NCBI GenBank assembly: GCA_010015805.1
Contig: ML978143.1
Coordinates: 1 to 64,000, forward strand
Length of the DNA stretch: 64,000 nt
Direction: 5' to 3'
Origin: Rhizodiscina lignyota
Taxonomy: Eukaryota
The notes below the pieces were generated by a model. That model did not search any database. It saw only the letters and a program-made list of their open reading frames with translations, and was not told the DNA's origin. Every line of letters starts with the position of its first letter. Position 1 is the stretch's first letter. The translations under genes and the position numbers were made by a program. This document shows, in pieces, positions 26,931 to 38,936 of the stretch.

Positions 26931-28097
26931 AACCGAAATGTCTCGAAACAATGCTTCGCACAGGAACGGGCCAAGCTCGTCAAGTGTCGCGCGAAACGTG
27001 CCGAGCGTGCAATTGCCATTCTCGCCGTCGTCTCGAAGGCCTTGAATGCTTCACGATACACTTCAGGCTCGTCCCTTCTCCGCCGTCTTTCACGGCCAGC
27101 ACGGCCATCGACATTGAAGGGCGCCACAGTTGTGCACATCTCTTCGGGTCGAGCGACATCCGTAATCTTGACTGTACCGTGTGGAGAGTCGGAGGCACCA
27201 GCGTCGACTCTCGTCCCTGTCCGCAGCGGCCGCTAGACGGTTCGAGGAAGTGTGCGAGCAGCCGATTGGCCGGCTCGCATTCGCAACCGGGCCATGGATG
27301 CTAACCCTGACCAGGGCCGCCGTAAGATAGCGACGTTCTAGGGCGCCTTAGGCGAGGCCATCGCAAAGGGCCTCAATTTTCCACGCAATCGTCTCACTGC
27401 GCCCGTTGGCCTCTGCTGTAGGAGTCGTATTCAACCATCATTCACGAGATCCTCAGCCTGCGGGTGCCTCTTCAAGACCAGCGCCGGAACTATGATATAT
27501 CCGCAGAGTGGCAGCGTGCTGAGTGCCCAGTAAGGTAAACTTTCGTCTAGTTGGCTCTAGCGTGCTGCCCTAGCTATCACCGACGCACGCCTTGGCAGCA
27601 AGGCACATGGCTCGATGAAGAATTCCAAGCGAGCTCTCCTCTGGACCCTGCAAATGCTCCGCTCCGCCTCCCGCTGCTTGGAGCCCCTGAGGAACGAGCC
27701 AAGATTCTTCCAACCGACTTGTTACGCGCTCGAATTGTGTTGTAAGATACACACTCCAAACGCAATGGAAACATGTTTTAGTCGACCGTGGTTGCGCTCT
27801 CCACCTACACCATGACGGGCAAGGTGATCTTGACCGGGGTTGGGAATAAAACGCCTGCCCGCTGTCAGCACTCTGTTCTGTTCCCACGTGCTCGGAACCT
27901 TATCCACACCTCTCACGATGATTCATTACCCGGATACAGGTAGTTGATTGAGCAGGCTGCGGGCATCGGAATCCCTCTACAAGGGTAATTCCATATATGA
28001 CTCTTTCTTGATCCTATGATCACCTTGCATCACTCTCGCCCTCAACCCTATGATTAGGATTACGGGTTAACAACAGCGATTGCCGTATACTTTCTCT

Positions 28098-28115
28098 CGG
28101 ATGTCAGTGGCCCCG
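28098..28115. promoter_or_regulatory. Second CGG-N12-CCG site (AtrR-response-element-like)
   Basis: CGG atgtcagtggcc CCG in the same PDR/F-box intergenic region. Confidence 0.45.
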
Positions 28116-28887
28116 CCTTGAGTTGTGATCTTACACCGCTTTCCGGACATGGAGAACTCGATGGCAACTAAAGAGGAGACTTTCCAGCCCCGAGGCTTTT
28201 CATGACAGCATCTGATACGCAATTTGGCCTAGATGAGTTCGGCCGTGTTCGGAGTCCACTGGCCTTGCCCCTTTAGCGCCTCGTGTCACATTTAAACCTG
28301 AACGATGGCTTCTAAATCGTTATTCGAGTTCAATCGGCCATCTTGAAGTCGATCGGCCAGGGAGGAATCAAAACGTATGATATTCATCATTGCTCTAGGC
28401 TAGTGGCTGGAAGAGATGATACATTCCATTTTCCAGTTGGTGGCACCTCGTTCAAATTGAGCTCGGGTTCTGTGACGTCGCTGACATGGCGGTTTCGGAC
28501 TGCCACATGTTGGCTCAGGCGTTTTCAGCGCCAGGCTCGAACACTGTCGAGTGATGACATCGCTAGATTGTGGCCATGGCTACCTTCTGCATATTCCCCA
28601 CAAGACGGCTAGAAGCTCCGGTGTTTGACGATTTTGCGCGTCGCGCAGGTTTATCGGGCAAGTGACGGGGAGCACTTGAAGTCGATTTCGAGGAAGAAGA
28701 ACAGTTGGCTTATGGTAAATATAGCCTGCCTTTTCTTGCCCTCATCCCTTTTTTGTTATGTTTTCGCGGCTTCAGACGTGCCTAATATCATATATAGAGC
28801 CAAGTTTCGGGCACTGAGAATTCGAATTTGTTCTTGAATGCGGCCTCGATACCTCTCTGCCCCAAAGAGTAGCCAGGGTGACGGCAT

Positions 28888-30351
28888 TTGCCGCCCTCGC
28901 TTTCGGCAATGTTGACGCCACAACCCACATCTCGTGCAGCTTGGCGGGGGTGGCGACCATCCCGTCTCGGCGCATTGGCACTTCCTCCAAGCTTCAACAT
29001 TCTGAGCTCCTCAACCACAGTTTCTTCTCCCATCTGGCGACCAGCTCCATGGCAGCAGGTGGAGATGAGGGTCAAGTGGGTGGGGCCAGCGTTCCGACGA
29101 TTCTCTAAAGACAGGCAAGCGGAGCCATGCAGCGAGCCTCTTTCGACAGAGCCCTCTAGAGATGCATCGATCGCCGGCCTGCCTGAGGAGATATTACTTG
29201 ATATACTCCTCTTCATCCGGCACACTGCGGACCAGTGGACCTTCTCGAATTGCTCGCTTACATGTCGCCGCTGGTACCGCATTTGCTTCCCCATTCTGTA
29301 CAGCGATGTGGTCCTCCAATCCGGCACTTGCTCCATGGAGCCTTATGAAAGCGCTCCGAAGAGGGACAAAGAAAAGCTAGGCATTCGCGTTGGAGCGTTT
29401 ACTTCGGCGCTGGATACGCGCATGGAGCTCATTCGGTCGCTGACACTACGGACCGCCAGCTGCAACATTGACTGGCCCAAATGGAGGCCTCGTATCAGAC
29501 TGGACCGGAGACGTAGTGAAAGAGATCATTGGTTCCCGAATTTATGCCGCACGCTGCCACATCTGCCGAACCTTACCACATTCTCCCTGAAGGTCGGAGA
29601 TTGTGGCCAGAGAGTGCTATGGACTCCTCACAGCCGGATCATTGAAGTTCTCGATATCCTCCCTGAGTCCGTAGTCAACCTTGAGGTTGACACTATGGGC
29701 GCAGACTTCGCCACTGCCGGCCCCAGCCATATCCCAAGTCATATCTGCCCTTCGATCAGCAAGGCGATCCCACGGCTTCGCGTCCTTCGAATTCGATTGC
29801 GTTTTCTGTGCACCGATCTTTTCGACTGTCTGGAAGACATCAAGACCGATTCGGTAACCGACACTGTGCAGATCCCGACATCAAACCTGGAAACTGCACT
29901 CCTTGTCTTTACGCCTCGCCTCGGGACAGTTGGCAGCCAGTCCAGTTTGCTTCAGACAAGGCTCTGCGGGACGTTCGACCGTCCACAGAACGGCGAAGCA
30001 TACGATCACATGTCTATTTATTGCCATGGCCTGTGCGCATCAGAGAAGCTTCCCAGGCTGAAGAGCTTCTCACTAATCGATCGCATGGCTGACGCAAATG
30101 AAGGTCATGGGTATCAGGTATACAACCCAATGAAAGACGAAAGCAATAATGTGACGTACATGTCCGCCTTTGAGCAGGGACTCCTGTACTCCGAGGCCGA
30201 GTCGGCTTTGTTTCAGGAGCTTCCAGTCCTTGCGCCTTCGCAACCGGCACCAGAAGACTTCATTCGGCTAGCGATGATCGCTGAGGCGAAGGGTGCTTGG
30301 GTCGACAGCAGCTGGCGAAGTCGCCATCTAGCATGCTTCGAGGACTGCTGA
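28888..30351 (+). CDS. F-box domain protein with LRR-like C-terminal region (start uncertain)
   Basis: IAGLPEEILLDIL...CSLTCRRWYRICFPILY F-box, followed by LPNLTTFSL, LPESVVNLEVDT and LRVLRIRL repeats. Confidence 0.8.
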   Translation: MPPSLSAMLTPQPTSRAAWRGWRPSRLGALALPPSFNILSSSTTVSSPIWRPAPWQQVEMRVKWVGPAFRRFSKDRQAEPCSEPLSTEPSRDASIAGLPEEILLDILLFIRHTADQWTFSNCSLTCRRWYRICFPILYSDVVLQSGTCSMEPYESAPKRDKEKLGIRVGAFTSALDTRMELIRSLTLRTASCNIDWPKWRPRIRLDRRRSERDHWFPNLCRTLPHLPNLTTFSLKVGDCGQRVLWTPHSRIIEVLDILPESVVNLEVDTMGADFATAGPSHIPSHICPSISKAIPRLRVLRIRLRFLCTDLFDCLEDIKTDSVTDTVQIPTSNLETALLVFTPRLGTVGSQSSLLQTRLCGTFDRPQNGEAYDHMSIYCHGLCASEKLPRLKSFSLIDRMADANEGHGYQVYNPMKDESNNVTYMSAFEQGLLYSEAESALFQELPVLAPSQPAPEDFIRLAMIAEAKGAWVDSSWRSRHLACFEDC

Positions 30352-30503
30352 GAGCTTCTGACGCACTTCATCTATTCCGAAATACTTGTATATATGCTCG
30401 TCTCATTCATGTCTATGGGTATCTTGGTATCTAAGTAAAATCTACTGTATGCTGAATGCGCAGTTGACCCAGGCTCTCACAGAGCAAAGAGTCGATATAG
30501 TGT

Positions 30504-31142
30504 CTACGATCGCTTATTCCTCTTTCGCCAACTCTCCACGCCCAGATCTATCTCATGCCTCGTAACGCCGTCTCTCACCAACTGCATCGTCACACCCAAG
30601 GACTCTGTATCCCGATTCCTGCTCTCGTCATCGAAGAAGAGCATCTCGCTGTACGCCACGCCTGTCGCTTCATGCAGTTTTCTGAAATGTGTCTTCTTGC
30701 TTCCAGGGTATATCTCTAGATGGTCGAAAAACTCGATCGCCTTTTTCCCTTTCTGTACCTTCCCACTCTGCTCAACCTCGGCAGCAGTCGGAATGTGAAG
30801 CAGCTTCAGCATCTCCCTCGCCAGATCAGGTCGATCTGTGCGTGATGCGGCGCCAATGAGTATGCCCTTCTGCTTGATCGCATCCAAGATGCCGCCAACT
30901 TCTCTGTAGAAGGCGAAGTCTTCGCCGTATCGATCCTTGACTTTCAGTCCGCTCTCTGTGGGTTTCAGGGGTGGCGAAAGGTGGGTGTCAGACCAGAATG
31001 GCCACAATGTGTAGTCGAGATCGAAGACGATGACGCTGGGGAGGGGACCGCTGTCGGCGAAGGTCCGGGGCTGGGGATTCGCTGCGGGAATGACGGTCCC
31101 GGAAGCTGTTGGGGTGGTTGTAGAGAGCTTGTTCCGTGTCAT
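30504..31142 (-). CDS. MDP1: Magnesium-dependent phosphatase 1 (HAD IIIC)
   Basis: VFDLDYTLWPFW, AASRT, EIYPGSK, MLFFDDESRN. Confidence 0.92.
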   Translation of the reverse strand: MTRNKLSTTTPTASGTVIPAANPQPRTFADSGPLPSVIVFDLDYTLWPFWSDTHLSPPLKPTESGLKVKDRYGEDFAFYREVGGILDAIKQKGILIGAASRTDRPDLAREMLKLLHIPTAAEVEQSGKVQKGKKAIEFFDHLEIYPGSKKTHFRKLHEATGVAYSEMLFFDDESRNRDTESLGVTMQLVRDGVTRHEIDLGVESWRKRNKRS

Positions 31143-31582
31143 TGTGGGCGAATCGAGGCGAGGAGAGAGGGGGGAGAGAGGAGAGGAAAGGAAAGGAAGA
31201 CGAAGGATGTTTGGCTCGGCGTAGTTTACTATTTTGTGTTTCGCACTTGAGATTTTTAAAATGGAGTTGGAGAATTCAGGATCGGTATTTAAGATCTATA
31301 ATTCGGTATGCCGATCCCGAACGCGGGCCTGCGCCACCGGAATTGAGACGGGAATAAACTGGTTGGTCTTGAGTACAGCAAAAGGTCCTGTCTAAGTTTC
31401 TATGTGCGCATTAAGGCCCCCACGCCTGTAAAATGAACATCCTGGCCGCTCCGGTTATGCAGCTAGTTACAAGCCACCTTCCATAACTCACTGAAAGCAT
31501 GCATATGTAAAGATCACCGACGACCGTTCCCAACACGAAGAAAGAGCAAAAGAGCAACAGCTTGTCGTCCTACTGGGTTATG

Positions 31583-32038
31583 TTAGATCCTCTCTGCGGC
31601 TCGTTTGAGATCGTCATTCATCCGTAAGTAGGCCGACTTTAAATCCTCGAACGTGCTCGTCATCCGAATCAGCCAAATCAGCAGGCCGGTAAACTTCTCT
31701 CCCTGAACAAAACGACAGCTATTTGGCAGAGACCCAGGCGAGAGCGTCATGTAATGTTCCGTGTCGAATATGATCGGGCTGACCAGCGCTCCTCGCCATC
31801 GAATTTCTCGGTTCTGCTCCACCTTGGTGATGGTGTTGTTGTAGTCGGCCGTGTCGCCACCGGCCTTCATCCTCACGGTGATCGTTTGCTGCGCGCCCAC
31901 CTTCAGCGTGTCGGAGTCGTGAAGCTTTGCGTCGATGACGAATGAATTCCAGCGCGAGTAGCCATTGAGGTCCATCAACAAATCCCAAACGACTTCGATA
32001 GGAGCGCTGATATCGACTTCTTCTTGAATTTGATACAT
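31583..32038 (-). CDS. SRPBCC/START-like (polyketide cyclase/dehydrase 2) protein
   Basis: ISAPIEVVWDLLMDLNGYSRWN...FVQGEKFTG...MNDDLKRAAE. Intronless, 151 aa. Confidence 0.85.
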   Translation of the reverse strand: MYQIQEEVDISAPIEVVWDLLMDLNGYSRWNSFVIDAKLHDSDTLKVGAQQTITVRMKAGGDTADYNNTITKVEQNREIRWRGALVSPIIFDTEHYMTLSPGSLPNSCRFVQGEKFTGLLIWLIRMTSTFEDLKSAYLRMNDDLKRAAERI

Positions 32039-32775
32039 GATTAGAATGGTTAGGATTAGGGGAATACGTGAAAATAAAGATGACGCCGCACTCCCAGCGT
32101 TGGGAAGAGTATTTAAAGGTCGTACTTGCTGCGTTGACGAGAACGCGACCTGGCAGCACCTACGTCTATGCTCCGATCTAAGAATGCATTCTTTCTAGAT
32201 GCCGTGGATGTCATTCAAATCCCTGGATGGTGTCGGTTGTTCCTTCAGAAACCAAACTGGTAGAGAGAAGGTCTGAAGATTGGCCCGCGAAGGAATTGGG
32301 CAGGAATTTCTCCCGATCTCGGAGGAACCTTGAAACAGAAGCCCATCCCGTCTTTCAAACTTCTTCGTCTGCTTATACGAAGCATCTCTCGCCAATTTAC
32401 ATAAATTTTCGGTTACAAGCTCCCCGCTCATATTTCAGTGTCATTCCTCTCACGTCAAGCTTCTTAATCCACGATGACCTGCATGTGACCGGGAATGCTG
32501 CTCAGGAACCGCTCGGCGCTCCTCAACCCAGCGTCATACGCTAATGCATCACTCCTCCGTCTTCGTATCCATGGATTGGAGAACCCAATGAATTGGATCG
32601 GGGATTAACACGTTGTCTTGGCCTCTGTCTTGGCCTTCAGTAAACGCTTGCCAGAAGAGGAATGCATCGACGAGAGGGTGCTTTCAAGAAAGAGATATTC
32701 AAGCATAAAAGTCTTCCATGGCGTAAAGATTCTCGCTCTGTACAAGCAAGACTTTCGTCTTCAATCCCTCCCATA

Positions 32776-34227
32776 ATGAAGTCGCTCGCTTGCATTTCCC
32801 TTGTCTGTGCAGCGGTGTTTTGGCCCTCGGTGGTGCGCTGTTATGGCGAGCCTAGCAGGCTGCCCATAAAAAGGCATCTACATGGCCATATTACCCCCGA
32901 GCAAGTCATGACTTTTCTCTATGAACCTTTCGATGTTCCGCCTGGAGTCAATTCGATATATGTGCTTCAAAACTACACTGATAAATCGCTTGGAAACTCC
33001 CTAGACATTGGCATATTCGATGTTCGCGGGCACAGGATCGCGGACGCACAAAACGGCACGTCAGGATGGCGAGGCTGGTCTGGCGGTGCGAGGAGTAATT
33101 TCACCATCACGCCGGCCTGGGCGACGCCCGGCTATAATCCTGGGCCTATCCAGCCTGGAACATGGTACGTCGTTCTTGGACCCTACAATTCCACCGCGGG
33201 TGGCATCGACTAGACCCTCGACATTGAACTTGGATACAACCCGGTACATGAATACTTCTCCACTGACTATGCCTCTACGAGTTTGGATCCGTTTCCGAAT
33301 GCGTATGAGAATGAGACTTGGCTCCGCGGTGACTTCCATCTCCACTCCATTTATTCGGATGGCCACTACCTCCCGGAGGAACAGATCATGAATGCAGTTC
33401 ATCGCGACCTCGACTTCATGTTCTTCACTGAGCATAACACGTACTCTGGTAATGACGTGTACGGTACTTGGTCCTCACTTGCCCCCGACCTGCTGATCGG
33501 CCGTGGTATCGAAGTGACTACTCGTCATGGGCACTGGCAGGCGTTAGGAGTTGACCGGGGCCAGATGATCGAATGGCGCTATGACCCAGGTGACAACCCC
33601 GGTCTCTTGGATGCCATGCACCAAGTGCGAAGGGGAGGAGGTCTTGTCTCGATTAATCACCCGTTCCAGCTCTGCTCGCGCTGCAACTGGGGATTCAACG
33701 ATTATGATCACAACGACGCGCTCGAAGTCTGGAATGGGCAATGGGATCCAACTGATGAGCTTGCTGTTCAGAAGTGGCAAGAGCTGCTTGTCAGTGGCAA
33801 GCAAACTACAGGCATCGGCGGCAGTGACGCGCACAGCTTCCCCGATGTCACAGCTCTCCCAACGACAGTCGTCCGCACACGTGGAAAGAATCAAGCCGAT
33901 ATCCTTGATGCTGTGAAGAAAGGGCATGCGTATCTTGTTCGAGATCCAGGGATGAGCCTTGACTTCTTGGTGCACGTAGGCAATGCAACCGCTCAAATGG
34001 GCGACAAAATTCCGAGCTTCTATGGGAATGCCAAAGCCATTCTATTGACTACGGGGCTAAAAGGATTAAAGGCATGCTTTGTCTCAGAGAAAGGGTGTTT
34101 CTCAAACAGGACAATCTCAAGTGCCACGATGACGCAGTCCTTTGCGGACGTAAGATTCGTCAGGGTGGAGATCCGAAATGCAACGGACGCAATGGTCGGG
34201 CTAACAAACCCTGTCTATTTCGTGTAG
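32776..34227 (+). pseudogene. Secreted PHP-domain (CehA/McbA-like) metallohydrolase with a single in-frame TAG (pseudogene or recoded gene)
   Basis: Signal peptide MKSLACISLVCAAVF, in one reading frame with TAG at 33211-33213. Downstream motifs GDFHLHSIYSDG, TEHN, GIEVTTRHGH, INHP, GGSDAH and TNPVY are all intact. Confidence 0.85.
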
Positions 34228-34257
34228 TTATTGCCGAGCGTAAATCGCAAGTGTCGA

Positions 34258-35356
34258 CTAATCTACATTAATGCAGACCTTTCCAATGTGCTGGCCGGAT
34301 TCAAGATATTTATATGCGTTGACGATCTCGTCTCGCGAGAAACCAAACTCCTTCTCTACCGGCATTCGTAGACCAGCCTTTGCCACAAATTTCACGCAAT
34401 CCTCGAGGAGCTGCTTTGATCCGACATTGATCCCGCGTATGATGGAGCCTGATCCAAGAGCCAATTGAGTTACATCTGGCATCTGTGACTGCTCTGCCAG
34501 GGCCAGAAATCCGATGATGGAGATGATGCCGCCACGAGCGATCGCTGCAACGCTCTGTTCGATGGTTGCCGAACCGCCATTCTCAAAGACCTGGTCGACA
34601 CCCTTCCCAGCAGTGAGTTTGCGGGCCTCTTCACCCCAGTTTGGCACCTTTTTGTAGTTTATGACGTGATCTGCGCCGAACTTGGACTTGACATATTCAA
34701 GCTTCTCATCGCTTGAAGATGTGATAATTGTGGTTGCGCCCGCAGCCTTCGCAAAGATCAATCCGGTGATTGAAACACCGCCAGTGCCTGTGGTACCGGT
34801 AAGCTAAACTAAGCTTTATACTAGGGGTATGCACGGAATTTTCACCTTGAAAGAGTACCGTTTGACCAGGAATCAGAGGATTGTTGCCGTAGAGCGCGTT
34901 CCACGCTGTAGCACCAGTACATACGAGACATGCCCATTCGAGGTAGCTTTGCGGCGAGCCTTGAGGTATCTTGATAACGGCTGAAGCTGGTAGCGTGATA
35001 TATTGCCGCATTACACCATCAATTGGTCCTCCCTGGCCCCAATCCCAATCTTGCTGCGGGCCATATTGATTTGTTATGTCAAAGCAACCAATCACGCGAT
35101 CGCCTTCGGAGAGCTCTCGTACGCCGTCTCCAACCTTGACAATGTCGCCTGCTGCATCTGAGCCCGGGACAACATTGTCCTTCACTGTGAAAGGGTACTT
35201 TGACTTTGAGATGGCGATGTCCCTATAATTGAGGGTGACTCCTCGTACTTTTATCAAAACTTCATATTTGCCAATGGATGGGATGGCTTCTTCCGATGCT
35301 ACCAGGTCGTCAGGCGAGCTGCGTGCCTTCAGGCGAAATACAGTCTGCTTGGACAT
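34258..35356 (-). CDS. Zinc-type alcohol dehydrogenase-like MDR (MDR7-type), 2 exons
   Basis: LNYRD, PGSDAAG, TAWNAL, QGTGGVS, TSSSDEKL and GQHIGKVCI. Intron ~34788-34845. Confidence 0.9.
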
Positions 35357-36358
35357 GTTAACAAGTGAGATGAAGATGTTTGGAGCATTAAATACGCACT
35401 GGTGAAATTTAAGGAAGCATTTTTGATTGCTTGGAGAAATCGATGAAGTTGCCGATACGTCACTGCCGAGCTAAGTTTACACACCAAGTGGCGTGTACTC
35501 CACTCGGAATCAAATCCGCTGAGAACGACAAGTTCGGCAGTTTCGGAGCTAACAAGTGTTTCGATTGCGAGCCTTCTTCACTCCGTCATGACTCTGCTAG
35601 GACATGGAAGCCAGCACATGCAGGCTATTTGGATCTGAAATGGAATGCGAGACTCGTATATCTGCTTCTTTCATTTTCCCACCATGTGCAAATTACATTT
35701 CTCAGGTTATCCGATATATACCCGTCAAATTCAAGCACTTATTTAACTTGTATTCGATTATATTTAGGATATGCCTCTGCTGTACGTGGCAGGCTTCGGG
35801 ATGCCGGTCCAGCCCATCTCTCCCTCTCTGTTGGGCGTGCAGCTTTCACCCATCCGTTTAATCGCGGCTGCACACCCAGCTTGTGTCCAATCATTCGAGA
35901 GATCTCTGTGTCGTACTTGTCATCTGAGTTCGGAACCCTTTAGATCACATACTGCACATTTCTCATGTCCGATATACTCGAAGGTCCTTATCTCCAAGTC
36001 GCTGCTCCATGAAGACTTCATTGGGACTTGCATAAGTTGTCACCGTGCCCGACTCCATGAACAATCTGTCGTTCGTTTCGTTGCGTGCGCTCTGAAGATA
36101 CGCGGAGAGGTTAAAGAAATTCCAGGAATCATTGATCATTGATCGCGACTAAGAAAGGAAGGGTCGATAAACCGTTGACAACATACTGTCGGTCTGTCGG
36201 AGACTGGAATGAGAAGGGAATTCAATTGCTTTTATAGCGTTTCAAATATTCCCGCATTAAAGGGAGCCAATGGAAAGTTTTTGGCATGTGGCGGCGCAAT
36301 TGGCGTCATTTTGTGGCGACTCGAGATTTTCGAAAAGTCCTTGTCTTCAATTGTGTTG

Positions 36359-37508
36359 CTAAATCATGCCTAATGCTTTAGCTTCGCGATCAACCACATC
36401 TGGGAGGTCATCATCCACCCCTTTCGACTTGCACGTCCAGCCGAGAAGCTTATTAGCCCGGATCGATTTCCCTCTCGAATTTGCACCCCAGCTCCGGTAC
36501 CGTAATGGAAAGTCCTTTTTAACTTCTTCGACCTCCAGCGCGTCAATCTCCGCCGTTGGGAGCAGGCCTTTCTCTTTCGCTATCTTCGCTATCTTTTCTG
36601 CCAGTTCACCCCACACGAACTCCTCTTGCTCCGCAAGGTAGTAACCGTCTTCTCCCCATGTTGCCTTGCCTCCTCCATCCGCTGCAGCCTCCGCGAGTGA
36701 CACGTACAAGTCGCTGAGATCGAAGACGTGGACAGCGTGCCAGATATTCTTCCCGCTAGCAACCTTGAATCCTTTCTTCCGCTCTAGAGCCATCTTCGCC
36801 ATGTTGTAAATGTTGATACTCCGCTTGTTAACGGGACCTCTGCCCCATCCGTAGATATGCGGTGGGCAGACAACTGCAGTTTTCACTCTGTCGGCACATT
36901 CAGTGCCAGCAGCCAGAACGATTTTGTCAGCTTGTCGATGCCAAGCATAGTCCGGTAGATGCGTCAACTCTCTCACATTGTCCCAGTCGTCATGGACTTT
37001 TGGGTGCAGTTCGCCGTAGATCTCGCGCTCAACGTCCACATACGTCAGTATTCCGGTGCCGGACGTATGGATCCACCAGCCTGGCTTCTCCGGAGTGTGA
37101 GCTTTTAAACCTTCGGCGATGGCTGTTGCGGCGGGAACGTCATCGGCGGAATTGGCGAAATCTATCGTTGTCAGCCAAGTGCTCCTTCTGACGCGTTGAC
37201 AAGCGAGCCTCACGAAAGACGATGTCTGCTTCCTTTGCCTCATCTTTGAGTATATCACTGTCGCTGTTGGTTCCATATACAATCTTCACATTCGGAAATT
37301 CTTTCGTGATAGCTCTTCCTTTAGCCTCATCTCTGACAATGCATGTAATCGGCCAATCTGGGTGTGCCCGAGCAAGAGCGTACAGCAAATCACCGCCTAT
37401 GTATCCACTCGCACCTGTTCTAGCATGAGCGTGAGAGACGTTTTAAAGCCAGAATCTACAAAGGTAAGGACAAGGGACCTACATGAACACTTTGGGAGTA
37501 GCGGTCAT
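36359..37508 (-). CDS. NAD(P)-dependent epimerase/dehydratase-like atypical SDR, 3 exons
   Basis: MTATPKVF / TGASGYIGG, WIHTSGTG, VCPPHIYGWGRG, VHVFDLSDLY. Introns ~37419-37482 and ~37160-37217. Confidence 0.88.
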
Positions 37509-37979
37509 GCCTGCTTCCGTGTTCACCAGCCTGAAAAGGATCACTATTATGAGCAGAGTTTGTACTGCAAAGATTTCTAGAACTGTCCTCTGGTTCCCTC
37601 TTGGTGATGGCAGTGTTGAAGGATAGCTTCAAGTGCCCTGCGTGACTCTTTATTCTACTCACCATATGTTAGCAATTCAAAGCAAGACAGATGGAGCATG
37701 GTAGCGAGAGCATACTTCTTGAACTCGTTTCGAAGTTGACTTGGCCTCAATTCTGATACTAACGTTTTCCTAGAGGCGCCGGAAACATTGCGCCCTCCTT
37801 GCTCTTTATCCGCCTCCTATCCTATCCTGTCCACTCCTGTCCACAGCTGCTTTGCCGAGGTTCAGGGGGCCGTGAAATTTGATAGACGAGACATACTCTC
37901 CAATGCTACATCAAGTCGGCACACCTGAGTGAAGTCGCGGTAGGATCAAAAGAATATACTTTAATTGCCGCTGAGGATG

Positions 37980-38820
37980 GAGGGTGAGTCGAGTCCGGGT
38001 TCATCACTGCCGCCAAGCATCGGCCAAACCCGTGCGACGGCGACGGCGACCAAGCCGTCGACTCTGCTACATCCTCACCACACAACCTCTTTTCTAGACC
38101 GTGAATCGCTTGGACATCATTGAAAACGTCCATAATGAGGTGTTCACGAGGTATCAGCAACCGAACCCCAAACATGCTGTGGTCAACGAGCACTGTCGAC
38201 GTTGGAACGTAGAAGATCCAGAGCTCACGTCTAGTTGCATCATGGGCCCATTCTCCATGGTATGATACCTCAATGACGAATATTTCCTCTCAGACAAAGC
38301 TAATCACTGCTACAGAAATTGTAGATGAGCAAGAGCTCACCCTGCCTATCCACTGCTTCCTTATTCGTTGCCCACGCTGTAGCGGCGAGATCACACAGTC
38401 CATAGCTCGAGAAGCTACAATGCCTACTTGGAGCGCAATTCTGAGGACCGTGATACCATGATTGAATCAACAGCAGAAATGCGGCATGATAGGGCATGAT
38501 AAGAAGGAAGCAGTGTACGATGACTCCTCTCAATGGACGTTAGCAGAACAGAGGAGTATGTGCGATGGGACCAGGAGACAGACCATGCTCCACTCGACCT
38601 TATTGGGCCAAGAAATCGGGAAGAGCTTCACGCCATCCACCTTTGTGAATTCATCTGGATAGGGATGAGAGAATATCCCAACTTGACGAGACTGACCTTA
38701 GCAACAGGCCGAATCCATTTCACCTCGACACTGACGAAAGGCTCTTCTTCTACGACAAAGATTGCAAGAGGCCGAAAGCCTCTGCGACTTGACAAGTCCT
38801 GTAGATATCGGACCTGACTC
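37980..38820 (+). pseudogene. Degenerate remnant of an unknown gene
   Basis: A canonical-looking intron at 38260-38315 (GTATGA...GCTAAT...CAG) is flanked by broken protein-like frames with a TAG at 38095 and frameshifts. No family recognised. Confidence 0.3.
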
Positions 38821-38936
38821 TGTAATAATTTGGCTTCCCACCTGACCTGAAATTCCCCACCGGCGGCATATACGTCCACTTTGCTAATTCCAGAGCTTTC
38901 ATCTTAATTGCTCAAGTGGACCATTGTTTATTATTT

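Noticed and set aside
27301..27310. CTAACCCT as a telomerase RNA template
   Set aside because: Not the TAACCCTAA seen in Pezizomycotina TERs, no U-rich pseudoknot recognised nearby, and it lies in the PDR promoter.
33165..33213. Possible intron GTACGT...TAG removing the PHP premature stop
   Set aside because: It is 49 nt (frameshifting), the junction creates TGA, it has no branch point and it would delete the WYVVLGPY segment.
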